From: Phycisphaerales bacterium
GTDB taxonomy: Bacteria; Planctomycetota; Phycisphaerae; Phycisphaerales; UBA1924
Assembly: GCA_014379385.1 (NCBI GenBank)
Contig: JACMLW010000134.1
Location: 2,132 to 66,131, forward strand
DNA: 64,000 nt
Direction of reading: 5' to 3'
The position numbers were made by a program, and so were the translations under genes. The stretch's first letter is position 1. Each line of letters opens with the position of its first letter. The notes below the pieces were generated by a model. The model saw nothing but the letters and a program-made list of their open reading frames with translations. It was not told the origin of the DNA and made no database searches. Positions 7,777 to 17,278 of the stretch are shown here, in pieces.

Positions 7777-9024
7777 TCACGGTTGGTGTGAGGCGCCGGT
7801 CGAGGCGGCGCTCGGGGTCGTGCGGAGCCGATAGATGCGGCCGGGCTGGTCGGAGCTGAAGAGGAGGGAACCGTCGGCGGCCTGCACGCAGTCGACGGGG
7901 CGGGCCTTGATGGCGCGCGTTTCGGGCTCGATGGTGGAGACGATCTTGAGCAGGCCGTAGGGCTTGCCGGTTTCCTTGTCGAAGAGCACGCGCGCGATGC
8001 AGTAGCCGACGGGCTCGGTGCTGTTCCACGAGCCGTGGCAAGCGACGAAGCAATCGCCCGCGTGGCCGGCGGGGATGCCGCGGGGGAGGCCGGAGAGAGC
8101 GGGATCGATGAAGCAGAACCCGTTGGGGGCCCAGTGGGCGCCCATGGTCCACTCGGGCGGGATGGTGGAGCGCGCGAGGTCGTGGATGCCCTCGCGCTTG
8201 AAGTATTCGTAGCGAGGGATGCGGTTGCCAACGATGAATGGGTGGCCGTAGAAGCCGCTCTGCGTGTAGAGGTTGAGCTCCTCGGGGGGGTTGAGGTCGG
8301 TGATGGGCTGATCGCCCTCGGTATCGCCGGCTTCGCGGCCGAACCAGTCGGAGCCGTGATCGAAGCCCCAGATCTCGGAGGTGCCGGGTCGGAGGCGGAG
8401 TTTCTCGGTGTTGCGGATGCCTGAGGCGAAGAGCTGCTTGCCCGAGCCATCGAGCGCGAAGGAGAAGATCTTCTGCCGGTCGGTGTCGGTCTGATCGGAG
8501 ATGTTGCCGCCATCACCGATGGAGGTGTAGAGGGTGTCTTTTGTGACCAGGAGTGAACGCCACCAGTGGCCGCCACCGGTGACGAGCGTGCCGGGGGCGA
8601 GGACATCGACGACTTCGTCGGCGATGAGGTCGCCGTCGGTGTCGCGGGCTTTGTGAATGGAGCCCGTGGTGGTGAACCAGAGCCAGCCGCCTGAATAGCA
8701 GAGTCCATGGAGGCGGGGCTTGCCGCTGGTGTAGGTCTGGCGCTGCTCGTACACACCGTCGCCGTCGGCGTCGCGGAGGGCGATGATGTCGCCGGGGCGC
8801 GGGCGCGAGACGTAGAGCACGCCGTGATCGTCAACTTCCATGAAGCGGGCGCCGGGGATGGTCTCGACGGCGACGGAGACCTCGTAGCCGGGACGGACCC
8901 AGAAGCCGTCGGCTGCGGCGATTGGGGCCGTGCTGGGGGCGGCCTCGGGAACTGAGCTGGGGGGGGCGGGCTGGGCGGGATGTGTGGCGAGGAGAAGGGC
9001 GAGGGTCAGGGCGGACAGTGGCAT
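7777..9024 (-). CDS. PQQ-dependent sugar (sorbosone/glucose-type) dehydrogenase, secreted beta-propeller
   Basis: 415 aa with signal peptide MPLSALTLALLLATHPAQ. GLCYSGGWLWFTT, GGGHWWRS, GFYGHPF, WAPNGFCF, CHGSWN. GGAGA Shine-Dalgarno upstream of the ATG. Confidence 0.8.
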   Translation of the reverse strand: MPLSALTLALLLATHPAQPAPPSSVPEAAPSTAPIAAADGFWVRPGYEVSVAVETIPGARFMEVDDHGVLYVSRPRPGDIIALRDADGDGVYEQRQTYTSGKPRLHGLCYSGGWLWFTTTGSIHKARDTDGDLIADEVVDVLAPGTLVTGGGHWWRSLLVTKDTLYTSIGDGGNISDQTDTDRQKIFSFALDGSGKQLFASGIRNTEKLRLRPGTSEIWGFDHGSDWFGREAGDTEGDQPITDLNPPEELNLYTQSGFYGHPFIVGNRIPRYEYFKREGIHDLARSTIPPEWTMGAHWAPNGFCFIDPALSGLPRGIPAGHAGDCFVACHGSWNSTEPVGYCIARVLFDKETGKPYGLLKIVSTIEPETRAIKARPVDCVQAADGSLLFSSDQPGRIYRLRTTPSAASTGASHQP

Positions 9025-9066
9025 GCGTGTCTCCGGAGAGCGGGGGCGTTCGGCGGCCGGGCTCGA

Positions 9067-10605
9067 TCAGGGGTGTGCCGCGTGGCGGCGTGCGAACGTC
9101 AGGATGTGCGTGAGCGCCCTCGGGTCGATGGTGATGGTGAGGTCGGTGACCTCGTCATCGAAGCCGGTGAGGCACGGCTGCAGCCGGTGGTTGAGACCGC
9201 CGAGCAGGTGGACCTCCGCGGCGGGGTTGCCGGCGGCGAGCGCGGACTTGAGGGGTTCGAGGTTGGTGGCGGGGGGGTTGGTGAGATCGCGGGAAGCGAC
9301 GAGAGCGAGCGTGGGGAGCGTGATCGACTTGAGAGCGGGGATGGGGTCGTGCGGGAGGAACGAGCGGAAGCGGGGGCTTTGGTACATCTGCACGCTCTGG
9401 TTGATGAAGGCGTCGCGCTGCCAGTCTTGCAGGCCGCCGCCCTCGCCGCGGCGGGCCTCGGTATCGAAGCGAATTTCCTCGGCGATGGCGGCTCGGAGGG
9501 CGGGCTCGTCTCCGGCGTTCGCGGCGTTGAGGACCGCGGTTCGGCGTTCGAGGCGCTGCTGGATGTAGGCGGGGGACTCGCCCTCGGCGTTGAGGCGGGC
9601 GCGGTCACGCTCGATGATGGAGGTGGCCCCGGTGGTGGCGCGGCCGGAGAGCAGGATGAGACCTGTTAGCTGGGGCGTGGTGATGCGGGCGAGTTGGGCG
9701 GCGATGACGGCGCCCTCGCCGAGGCCGAGGATGAAGATGCGGCTCGGGTCGATGCGCGGGTCGGCGCGGAGGAGCGAGAGGAGTGAGGCCGCGTCGGTGG
9801 TGCGGGCCTCGATGGTTGTTTCCGCGGTATCGCCGCCCGAGAGGCCGCTGCCGCGATCGTCGTAGCGGAGGGAGGCGAAGCCGGCGCGGGCGAGGGCGTC
9901 GGCGAGGACGGCGAAGGGCTGATGGAATCCGGCGGACTGGTTGCGCTCGGCGCCGTCTTCGCCGATCAGCAGCACGGCGGGGTAAGGAGTTGTGAAGGGC
10001 GGGTTCGGCAGGACGAGCGTTGCGCCGAGGGGGGTGAGTTCTTCGGCGGGGGCGACGCGGGCGCCGGAGGAAACCGTGACGGGTTCCTGGGTGTAAGGGA
10101 ATGGTGGGCGCGGCGTCTGGGGCCGGTCGAGCATCGACTGGCGGGCTTCGGCCTCGGGGACGCGGCGCAGGGTGAGCGGGAGTTGCTGGACGCCGCCGAC
10201 GGTCACGGTGCCGCGGGCTTCGGAGCCGGCGCGCGTGAAGCGGAAGGCGTTGCGGGCTTCATCGGGGGAAACGAACTCGATGGTGTCGTCGATCATGCGC
10301 ACGTCGGCCATGAGGGTGGCGGAGGCGCCGGGGAGGGCGGGACCGGGCGGGATGTCGAGGAGGACCGACCACGTGCCCGTGGGCGAGAGGGGTGGGATGA
10401 GGGTGATCACCAGCGGGATCTCAGAGAGCGTGCGTTCGGGGAGGTCGATGCGGCCGACCCAATACTCATTGACGGTGGGCGAGGGGGCGGGGGTAGCGCC
10501 TGACTGCGGGGGGGGTGTCCACCCGCTGGCGGGCGGGCAGAGGAAGAGGGCGGCCAGGAGACCGAGGCATCCAGGGATGTGGTGTGACAAGCGCATTGGG
10601 CCCAT
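9067..10605 (-). CDS. Secreted alpha/beta-hydrolase-fold protein (nucleophile elbow reads GLGEG)
   Basis: 512 aa with signal peptide. Hydrolase-fold C-terminal half containing IFILGLGEGAVIAAQLA, ASRDLT, GLNHRL. See finding on the missing Ser. Confidence 0.7.
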   Translation of the reverse strand: MGPMRLSHHIPGCLGLLAALFLCPPASGWTPPPQSGATPAPSPTVNEYWVGRIDLPERTLSEIPLVITLIPPLSPTGTWSVLLDIPPGPALPGASATLMADVRMIDDTIEFVSPDEARNAFRFTRAGSEARGTVTVGGVQQLPLTLRRVPEAEARQSMLDRPQTPRPPFPYTQEPVTVSSGARVAPAEELTPLGATLVLPNPPFTTPYPAVLLIGEDGAERNQSAGFHQPFAVLADALARAGFASLRYDDRGSGLSGGDTAETTIEARTTDAASLLSLLRADPRIDPSRIFILGLGEGAVIAAQLARITTPQLTGLILLSGRATTGATSIIERDRARLNAEGESPAYIQQRLERRTAVLNAANAGDEPALRAAIAEEIRFDTEARRGEGGGLQDWQRDAFINQSVQMYQSPRFRSFLPHDPIPALKSITLPTLALVASRDLTNPPATNLEPLKSALAAGNPAAEVHLLGGLNHRLQPCLTGFDDEVTDLTITIDPRALTHILTFARRHAAHP

Positions 10606-10705
10606 ACCATAGAGTGCATTGGAATGGAGTGTGCGAGGGGCCCACTCTTAACCGCGTCGCCCACGGAGCGGGAATCCCGGCCGGTCTCGAATCGAGCATT
10701 ACGTC

Positions 10706-11488
10706 ATGCGGGCCATTGAGCGTACTGAGCATGCGAACAGCCGTAGCCGGGGCGCGGATTCCCGGGGCGGGCGATCAGCGGGGGCGTTCTCGCTGATTGA
10801 ACTGCTTGTGGTGGTGGCGGTGGCGGGGGTGCTGATAGCGATTTTATTGCCGGCGCTCTCGGCGGCGCGCGAGGCATCGCGCTCGAGCGTGTGCCTGTCG
10901 AACCTGCGCCAGGCGTTCACGGCCTGCCGCGTGTACGCGGATGAGAACCGTGGGAAGGGCCCGGCGATCGGGTGGCCGTACGCGTCGCTGCCGAACTGGG
11001 CGCTGGTGGTTCAGTCGTACTCTGGGCGAGATGGGGGGACGCCTGGGGAGTTGTACTCGAATCGGTCGGTGCTGGTGTGCCCGAGCGTGGATTCGGTGTA
11101 CCCGGACCCGATGCAGCGGACGTATGCGATGAACGCGACCGGGCACGCGGGGATGAGTTATCCGGGGATGCGTCCTGACCCGGACAGTTACGACGACCCG
11201 CTGTACCGCCCGTTGGGTGGGGCCGGCACGGAGGAGCGTCCGGCGTGCATCAGCTTTGACCTGGTGGACCGGCCGAGCATGCTGGCGGTGCTGGTCGATT
11301 CGGCCTGGATCCCCGACACACCGCCGACGCGCACGGCGAGCATGATCGACTTTCGGCAACCGGGGCATGTGAGTATCCGGCTCGGGCGATTCCACGCGGG
11401 GAGGGAGCGGTTCGACGCGGTGTTTTTCGACGGGGCCGCGCGGATGTACGCGGAGCCGGGGGATGGGTGGGGCGAGTCGCTGCCATAG
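10706..11488 (+). CDS. Prepilin-type N-terminal cleavage/methylation domain protein (DUF1559/H-X9-DG-like)
   Basis: GAFSLIELLVVVAVAGVLIAILLPALSAAREASRSSVCLSNLRQ, then C-terminal FHAGRERFDAVFFDGAARMY. Confidence 0.85.
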   Translation: MRAIERTEHANSRSRGADSRGGRSAGAFSLIELLVVVAVAGVLIAILLPALSAAREASRSSVCLSNLRQAFTACRVYADENRGKGPAIGWPYASLPNWALVVQSYSGRDGGTPGELYSNRSVLVCPSVDSVYPDPMQRTYAMNATGHAGMSYPGMRPDPDSYDDPLYRPLGGAGTEERPACISFDLVDRPSMLAVLVDSAWIPDTPPTRTASMIDFRQPGHVSIRLGRFHAGRERFDAVFFDGAARMYAEPGDGWGESLP

Positions 11489-11683
11489 CGGGCTTCCCAA
11501 GAACGGGCGAGGGGCGGTGGCGAGCGAGTTGGGATCGGGGGTGCGGCTCGGCTTATTCGGGCGCGCGAAAGGGCCGAAAGTGGTCGCGGAACTCGGCTCT
11601 CGGCCAACCACCATTTCGTTGGCTCGCATGCATCTGCCCTGCCCGCAGGTTGACGCGGTGAGTATTGACTCCTCGGAGACACC

Positions 11684-13220
11684 ATGAATATTCGTGTCAA
11701 ACTGATCACCTCCTTCTGTTCCATCGCTGCGCTGTGCGGGCTTGCTGCCGGGGTGGGCCTGTACGGATTGAGCCGCACCGCGGCGGCCATGAACCACCTT
11801 GGGGGGGTCATGATCCCCGGCATCGAGGGGATTTATCAGATCGTCGAAGGGCAGGTCGATATACACGGCGCCAGGTCATGTTACTGCAGAGCGACCTGAC
11901 GCCCGAGCAACGGGAGACTGAGCGGGCGGCGGTGGTGGCGGCATGGAAGTATGTGGAAGTTGGGTGGAGGCTGTACGAGCCCCTCCCGAAAGCTCCTGAG
12001 GCGGCTGCACTCTGGAAGGAGTTTGTGCCTGCTTGGGAGAAATGGAAACGCGCACACGAAGCGTACATGGCGATTAGTGACCAGTGGGAGAAGGCCCGCT
12101 TCGCCCAGAACACCGAGGAGGCCGATGCGCGCGACGCCGAGCGGATGGCGATGATCCTCGGGCGAGAGCAGGAGACGAGAACCGAATCTTCGGGGCTGCT
12201 TGCGGAGATGGTCGCGGTCAACATGAAATCGAGCCACGACCAGACGCTCAAGAACAAGCGGATGGCGTCGGGCCTGAGCCTTGCGGCGATGGCCTCGACG
12301 GCTGCCGGCATGGTGACCGCCGTTGGGATCGGGCTGTTCATGTCGAGCCGGATCGCGGGCCCGGTGCGCATCGTCGCCCAGCGGGCCAAGATCATCTCCG
12401 AGGGCGACCTGACCAGCGCAGACCTGCCTGTGACGACCAACGACGAGCTTGGGGAGATGACCAAGGCGATGAACGCCATGAGCACGTCGCTTCGTTCGCT
12501 TCTCTCGGAGCTGAGCAGCGCGGCGCACCAGGTGGCGGCGGCCGCGGCGCAGATCGCGGCGAGCAGCGAGGAGATGTCGTCGGCGGTTGGCGAGGTTGCG
12601 AAGCAGGCGTCCGACGCCGCGGTTTCCGCGAGCGATTCGGGGAGGCTGGCGAGGGACGGCGGCGAGGTGGTCGCCAAGACGGTCGGCGACATGAGAGGGA
12701 TCAGCCGGTCGGCCATGGAATCGGCCACCGCTGTGGGGGCGCTGGGCGTCCGCGGGCGGCAGATCGGCGAGGTGGTCGCGGTGATCAACGGGATCGCGGA
12801 CCAGACGAACTTGCTGGCGCTGAACGCCGCGATCGAGGCGGCGCGTGCGGGGGAGCACGGTCGCGGGTTTGCGGTGGTTGCGGACGAGGTTCGCAAGCTG
12901 GCGGAGCGGACGACCCGCCCGACGGGGAGATCGGGGAGTCGATCAAGGCGATCCAGGCCGACACGCAGAGCGCCGTGGAGCGCATGAAGGCGGGGACGTT
13001 CCAGGTGGCCGACGGCGTGAGGCAGGCGGGGATCGCCGGGGAGAGCCTGGGGACGATCGTCGCGGGCACGTCGCAGGTGGCGTCGATGATCCAGTGCATC
13101 TCGGCGGCCGCTGAGGAGGCGGGCGCGGGCGCGAGCCAGTCGGCGAGCGCGGCCGTGACGCTCTCGACCAAGGCCGAGGAACTGCGGGGTTTGGTGAAAC
13201 GGTTCCGTGTGAACGCGTAA
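11684..13220 (+). pseudogene. Methyl-accepting chemotaxis protein (4HB-HAMP-MA) interrupted by two single-base frameshifts
   Basis: Three consecutive frames are collinear with one MCP. Frame of 11684: [26 protein letters not shown]. Frame of 11665: [13 protein letters not shown] ... HAMP ... [39 protein letters not shown]. Frame of 12084: [21 protein letters not shown]...VKRFRVNA. Shifts lie near 11871 (CC run) and 12924..12927 (G4 run). Confidence 0.85.
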
Positions 13221-13221
13221 A

Positions 13222-13285
13222 GGCGAGCGGGTGCATCGCTCGCCACCCCGGACAACTCGTCGGGGGGTTTGTTGATTTGTTTTTG
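13222..13285 (+). terminator. Rho-independent terminator downstream of the MCP
   Basis: GGCGAGCG-ggtgcat-CGCTCGCC, then CCCCGGAC-aact-CGTCGGGGGG, followed by TTTGTTGATTTGTTTTT. Confidence 0.7.
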
Positions 13286-13345
13286 GGATATTGCTGTGGG
13301 CGCGAAGGGGGGAGGGCCAGCGACCGCCGGCTCTACACTCCGCCC

Positions 13346-15070
13346 ATGCCGAGCCTCCCCCATTCCTTGCGTCCCAGCAACACCCCGTGCGTGCTGATCG
13401 TTCGTGACGGCTGGGGGGAGAACCCGCACCCAACCCATGACGCATTCAACGCGGTTCGGCTGGCGAGCACGCCGATTGACGACCATCTGCGTGCGAACTG
13501 GCCGTTTACGTTGATCAAGACGAGCGGGGAGGACGTGGGGCTGCTCGCCGGAACAATGGGCAACTCGGAAGTTGGGCACCAGAACATCGGCGCGGGGCGG
13601 ATTGTCGATCAGGAGGCGGTGCGGATCACGCGGGTATGTCGCGGCGATGGCGGCAAGGCGTTGGCGCAGATTGAGAACCTGACCGGGCCGATCCGCAGAG
13701 CGATCACAGCGGGACGCGGTGTGCATCTGATGGGCATTTGCTCGAACGCGGGGGTGCATGGGCTGCTGACCCACCTGACGGCGCTGCTGGAGCTGTGCGC
13801 CTCGCTGGGGGCGGCGCCGGATCGCGTGCTGCTGCACCTGTTCACGGACGGGCGCGACACGGGGCCGTTCACGGGGCGCGGATTCGTTGAGTATGTTGAG
13901 AATGAGCTTGCGCGCATCGGCGTGGGTCGCGTCTCGTCGGTGATCGGGCGCTACTGGGGGCTTGATCGCGACGATCGGTGGGAGCGGGTGGCGCGGGCCT
14001 ACGCGTGCCTGACGGGGGAGTTCGGAGGCGATGAGCGAGCGCCGAGGGGTGGAGGGGCGAGTGGGGGGGCGGCGGCTGTCGGGGGCGTTTCATGGTCGCG
14101 GAGCGCGGCCGACGCGGTGCAGGCCTTCTATGACAAGCCGGAAGTCGCGGGGATGGCGGGCGACGAGTTTGTGATACCAACGATGATCGGAGCGACACGG
14201 GAGGAGGCGCTCAAGGGGCGCATCCAGAGCGGGGATACGGTGGTGTTCTACAACTTCCGCGGTGACCGGCCGCGTGAGCTGGTGAGCGCGTTTGTGCTCC
14301 CGGAGTTCTACGGGTCGCCCTCGGTGAAACCGTCGCCCGACTCGGGCGTGCGCGGGTTTGATCGGGGTCCGCGGCTGGATCTGGAGTTCGTCACGATGAC
14401 CGGGTATTCCGAGGCCATGGCGCCGCATGTGAAGGTGGCGTTCGAGCGGCCGGCGCGGATGAAGAACATTGCGGGCGAGTATTTATCGGATCTGGGGCTG
14501 AGGCAGTTCCGGTGCGCGGAGACCGAGAAGCGACCGCATGTGACGTTCTTCTTCAACGACTATCGCGACGATCCATTCCCCGGGGAGCATCGCGAGGGCC
14601 CTCAATCGCCGCGGGTGGCGACGTACGACCTGAAGCCGGAGATGGCCGCGTACGACGTGCGCGACGCGGTGCTGCGGCGGCTGGCGGATCGGGGCTGCGA
14701 GGACGTGCTGATCGTGAACTTCGCGAACGCGGACATGGTTGGGCACACGGGCAGCTTGCCGGCGGCGATCAAGGCGTGCGAGGTGGTGGACGAGTGCGTG
14801 GGCACGATTATGAACGCGGTGCTCGCGAAGAATGGGAGCCTTGTGATCACGGCGGATCACGGGAACGCGGAGCAGATGTGGGACCCGGAGAGCAATGCCC
14901 CGCACACGGCGCACACCGTGTACCCGGTGCCGCTGTACGTTGTGGCGGCGGGGCACAAGGGGCGGCGGCTGCGCTCCGACGGGCGGTTGGCGGACGTGGT
15001 TCCGACCATGCTTGATCTGATGAAACTGGCGAAGCCCCCGGAGATGACGGGGGTATCGCTGCTGGCTTAG
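13346..15070 (+). CDS. gpmI: 2,3-bisphosphoglycerate-independent phosphoglycerate mutase
   Basis: ORF trimmed to ATG 13346. LIVRDGWGENPHP, GNSEVGHQNIGAGR, HLFTDGRDT, ETEKRPHVTFFFN, NFANADMVGHTG, ITADHGNAE. Confidence 0.92.
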   Translation: MPSLPHSLRPSNTPCVLIVRDGWGENPHPTHDAFNAVRLASTPIDDHLRANWPFTLIKTSGEDVGLLAGTMGNSEVGHQNIGAGRIVDQEAVRITRVCRGDGGKALAQIENLTGPIRRAITAGRGVHLMGICSNAGVHGLLTHLTALLELCASLGAAPDRVLLHLFTDGRDTGPFTGRGFVEYVENELARIGVGRVSSVIGRYWGLDRDDRWERVARAYACLTGEFGGDERAPRGGGASGGAAAVGGVSWSRSAADAVQAFYDKPEVAGMAGDEFVIPTMIGATREEALKGRIQSGDTVVFYNFRGDRPRELVSAFVLPEFYGSPSVKPSPDSGVRGFDRGPRLDLEFVTMTGYSEAMAPHVKVAFERPARMKNIAGEYLSDLGLRQFRCAETEKRPHVTFFFNDYRDDPFPGEHREGPQSPRVATYDLKPEMAAYDVRDAVLRRLADRGCEDVLIVNFANADMVGHTGSLPAAIKACEVVDECVGTIMNAVLAKNGSLVITADHGNAEQMWDPESNAPHTAHTVYPVPLYVVAAGHKGRRLRSDGRLADVVPTMLDLMKLAKPPEMTGVSLLA

Positions 15071-15161
15071 GGGGAGTGGGGGTGGCGGGAACAACGGTGG
15101 GAACTGTCTCGGATTGGTCACCGTCGCCGGGCCGGCTGGTCCGCAACAATAATCGAAGGAC

Positions 15162-17189
15162 ATGTCGACGCACCACCCGCCATTCGGATCGAGCGCCAAT
15201 CCGGGCCATGCCGCGCCTATCGCCCAGAAGCCGTGGGAGCACGCCAAGGCGGAGGGGGGTTCTGGGTCGGACCCGCTCGCGGCCCGCTTTGTGGAATCTC
15301 TCTCGTACGACACACGGCTCTATGACGCGGACATCCGCGGCTCGCTGGCGCACGCCAACATGCTGCGCCAGGTGGGGCTGCTCACGCTCGACGAACTGAC
15401 ATCCATCGAGCACGGCCTCGGGGAGATCCGTGCGGAGATCGAGGGGGCGGCGGCCGGGCCGGGGGGACTGGGCTCGTGGCAGGGGTGGCGGACCGAGCTT
15501 GAAGACGTCCACATGTGCATCGAGGCGGCGCTGATCGCGAAGGTGGGCGACGCGGGCCGGAAGCTGCACACGGGGCGCAGCCGGAACGACCAGGTGGCGC
15601 TGGACCTGCGGCTGTGGCTGCGCGACGCGTGCGGATTGCTCGCTGGGGCCCTCGATGGGGCGCTCGCCGCGCTCGCGGGGCTTGCGGAGCGCCAGGGGCA
15701 CATCGTGATGCCGGGGTACACGCACATGCAGCGGGCCCAGCCGATCTGCCTCGGCGGTGAGCTGGCCGCCTGGCACGCGATGCTCTCGCGTGATGCGAGG
15801 TCGCTGCGGGGGCTGGCGGCGGACGAGCTTGGTCTGGGGCTGTCGCCGCTGGGTTCTGGGGCGGTGGCGGGGAGTTCGCTGCCGCTGGACCGGGCGCACA
15901 CGGCGCGGGCGCTCGGGTTCGCGGGTGCGTCCTCCAGCAGCATCGACGCCACGGCCTCGCGCGATGAGGCGCTGGACTTTCTGTACATGCTTTCCCGAAC
16001 GGCCATGCATCTGTCGCGCTGGGCCGAGCAGTGGATCCTGTACTGCACGTCGGAGTTTGGGTTCATCGTGCTTGATGAGCGGTACACGACCGGCTCATCG
16101 ATGATGCCGCAGAAGCGCAACCCCGACATGCTCGAGTTGATCCGCGGGAGGTGCGGGAACATCTACGGGCACCTGGCGGCGCTGCTCACGATCTGCAAGG
16201 GGCTGCCGATCGCGTACAACCGCGACCTGCAGGAGGACAAGCGGCATGTCTTCGGGGCGTTTGACATGGCGATGGACTGCATCCACATGGCCGCGAGGAT
16301 CATGGGGACCGCGAGCTTTCGCGAGGAGCACATCGCGTCAACGCTGCACCGGGGGTACCTCGACGCTACGAGCCTCGCGGAGTACCTCGTGACGAAGGGG
16401 GTGCCGTTCCGCACCGCGCACCAGATCGTCGGATCCCTGGTGCGCCAGTGCGAGCGCGAGGGGCGGGAGTCGCTCGAGCGCCTCTCGCACGACGAGCTCG
16501 AGGCGGCGGTGCGCGGCGCCGGGATCAAGGGCGGCAAGGTGGGGCGCGACGTTGCGGGCTGGCTTGGGGCCGCGGCGGTTGTCGGCAGGTATCGCAGTTC
16601 CGGCAACGCCGGGCGCGGCGACGAGAGCGGGTACCAGGATTATTTCGGCGCCGTCAGCGTCGATCGAGACTTGTGCTCGATGGCCGTGCCGGGCGGGACG
16701 GGCCGTGTTCACTCAAGGCCTGGTGAGCACGAGCCGCACGCGGCAGAGGGGGGTGCGGTGGCCTCGCTCTTCGGTGGGGCGAGCGAAGGACCGAACGACG
16801 CAAGCGACCTTGGGCGGCTGTATGAGCGGATCGGCCGCACGCTCGACGATCTTCCGTACACGCAGGAGATGGAGCAGATCTTTGCCGAGTCTGGGGCTGG
16901 CGAGCGCGGGTGGTCGCGGGCGGAGCTGCTGCACAAGCTCCAGAATCTGAGGAAGGCGGGGAAGCTGGCACGGGTGGGTCGTGCGGCGGCGTCACCGATC
17001 AAGCTGACGGCTGCGGAGGAATCGCAGCTTGAAACGCTGGTGGTTGAGTCGGTGGGGTCGCTCGGTCAGCGCGACCAGCTCCCGCATACGCCGGAGTTCG
17101 ACCGGATCGTCGAGGTGTTCAATCAGCGGACGGGGCGGGGATTGACGCCGCATGGCGCGTGGCGGCTGGTGGCGAAGCTGGCAAAGTAA
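15162..17189 (+). CDS. argH: Argininosuccinate lyase with ~190-aa C-terminal extension
   Basis: DIRGSLAHANMLR, GRSRNDQV, GYTHMQRAQP, GSSMMPQKRNPD. The lyase core ends near RYRSSGNAG (~16613). The same frame continues without a stop to 17189. Confidence 0.85.
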   Translation: MSTHHPPFGSSANPGHAAPIAQKPWEHAKAEGGSGSDPLAARFVESLSYDTRLYDADIRGSLAHANMLRQVGLLTLDELTSIEHGLGEIRAEIEGAAAGPGGLGSWQGWRTELEDVHMCIEAALIAKVGDAGRKLHTGRSRNDQVALDLRLWLRDACGLLAGALDGALAALAGLAERQGHIVMPGYTHMQRAQPICLGGELAAWHAMLSRDARSLRGLAADELGLGLSPLGSGAVAGSSLPLDRAHTARALGFAGASSSSIDATASRDEALDFLYMLSRTAMHLSRWAEQWILYCTSEFGFIVLDERYTTGSSMMPQKRNPDMLELIRGRCGNIYGHLAALLTICKGLPIAYNRDLQEDKRHVFGAFDMAMDCIHMAARIMGTASFREEHIASTLHRGYLDATSLAEYLVTKGVPFRTAHQIVGSLVRQCEREGRESLERLSHDELEAAVRGAGIKGGKVGRDVAGWLGAAAVVGRYRSSGNAGRGDESGYQDYFGAVSVDRDLCSMAVPGGTGRVHSRPGEHEPHAAEGGAVASLFGGASEGPNDASDLGRLYERIGRTLDDLPYTQEMEQIFAESGAGERGWSRAELLHKLQNLRKAGKLARVGRAAASPIKLTAAEESQLETLVVESVGSLGQRDQLPHTPEFDRIVEVFNQRTGRGLTPHGAWRLVAKLAK

Positions 17190-17278
17190 CCGTGTGGATT
17201 CCATGAGGGCTTGGCGGTGTGTGCCTGAGAGAACCGCGCCCGTCGAATCACTCGTGACCCGCATTCCTACCGTTGATC

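Noticed and set aside
7635-8834. 399-aa minus-strand ORF overlapping the PQQ dehydrogenase in another frame
   Set aside because: Ser/Pro/Ala/Thr low-complexity translation. The alternative frame (7777..9024) has beta-propeller dehydrogenase motifs and a signal peptide.
11808-13445. 545-aa minus-strand ORF opposite the chemoreceptor
   Set aside because: Antisense to the highly conserved MCP signalling domain, with a low-complexity Ala/Ser/Arg composition.
14847-16010. 387-aa minus-strand ORF across the gpmI/argH junction
   Set aside because: Arg/Pro-rich, antisense to two well-supported enzymes.
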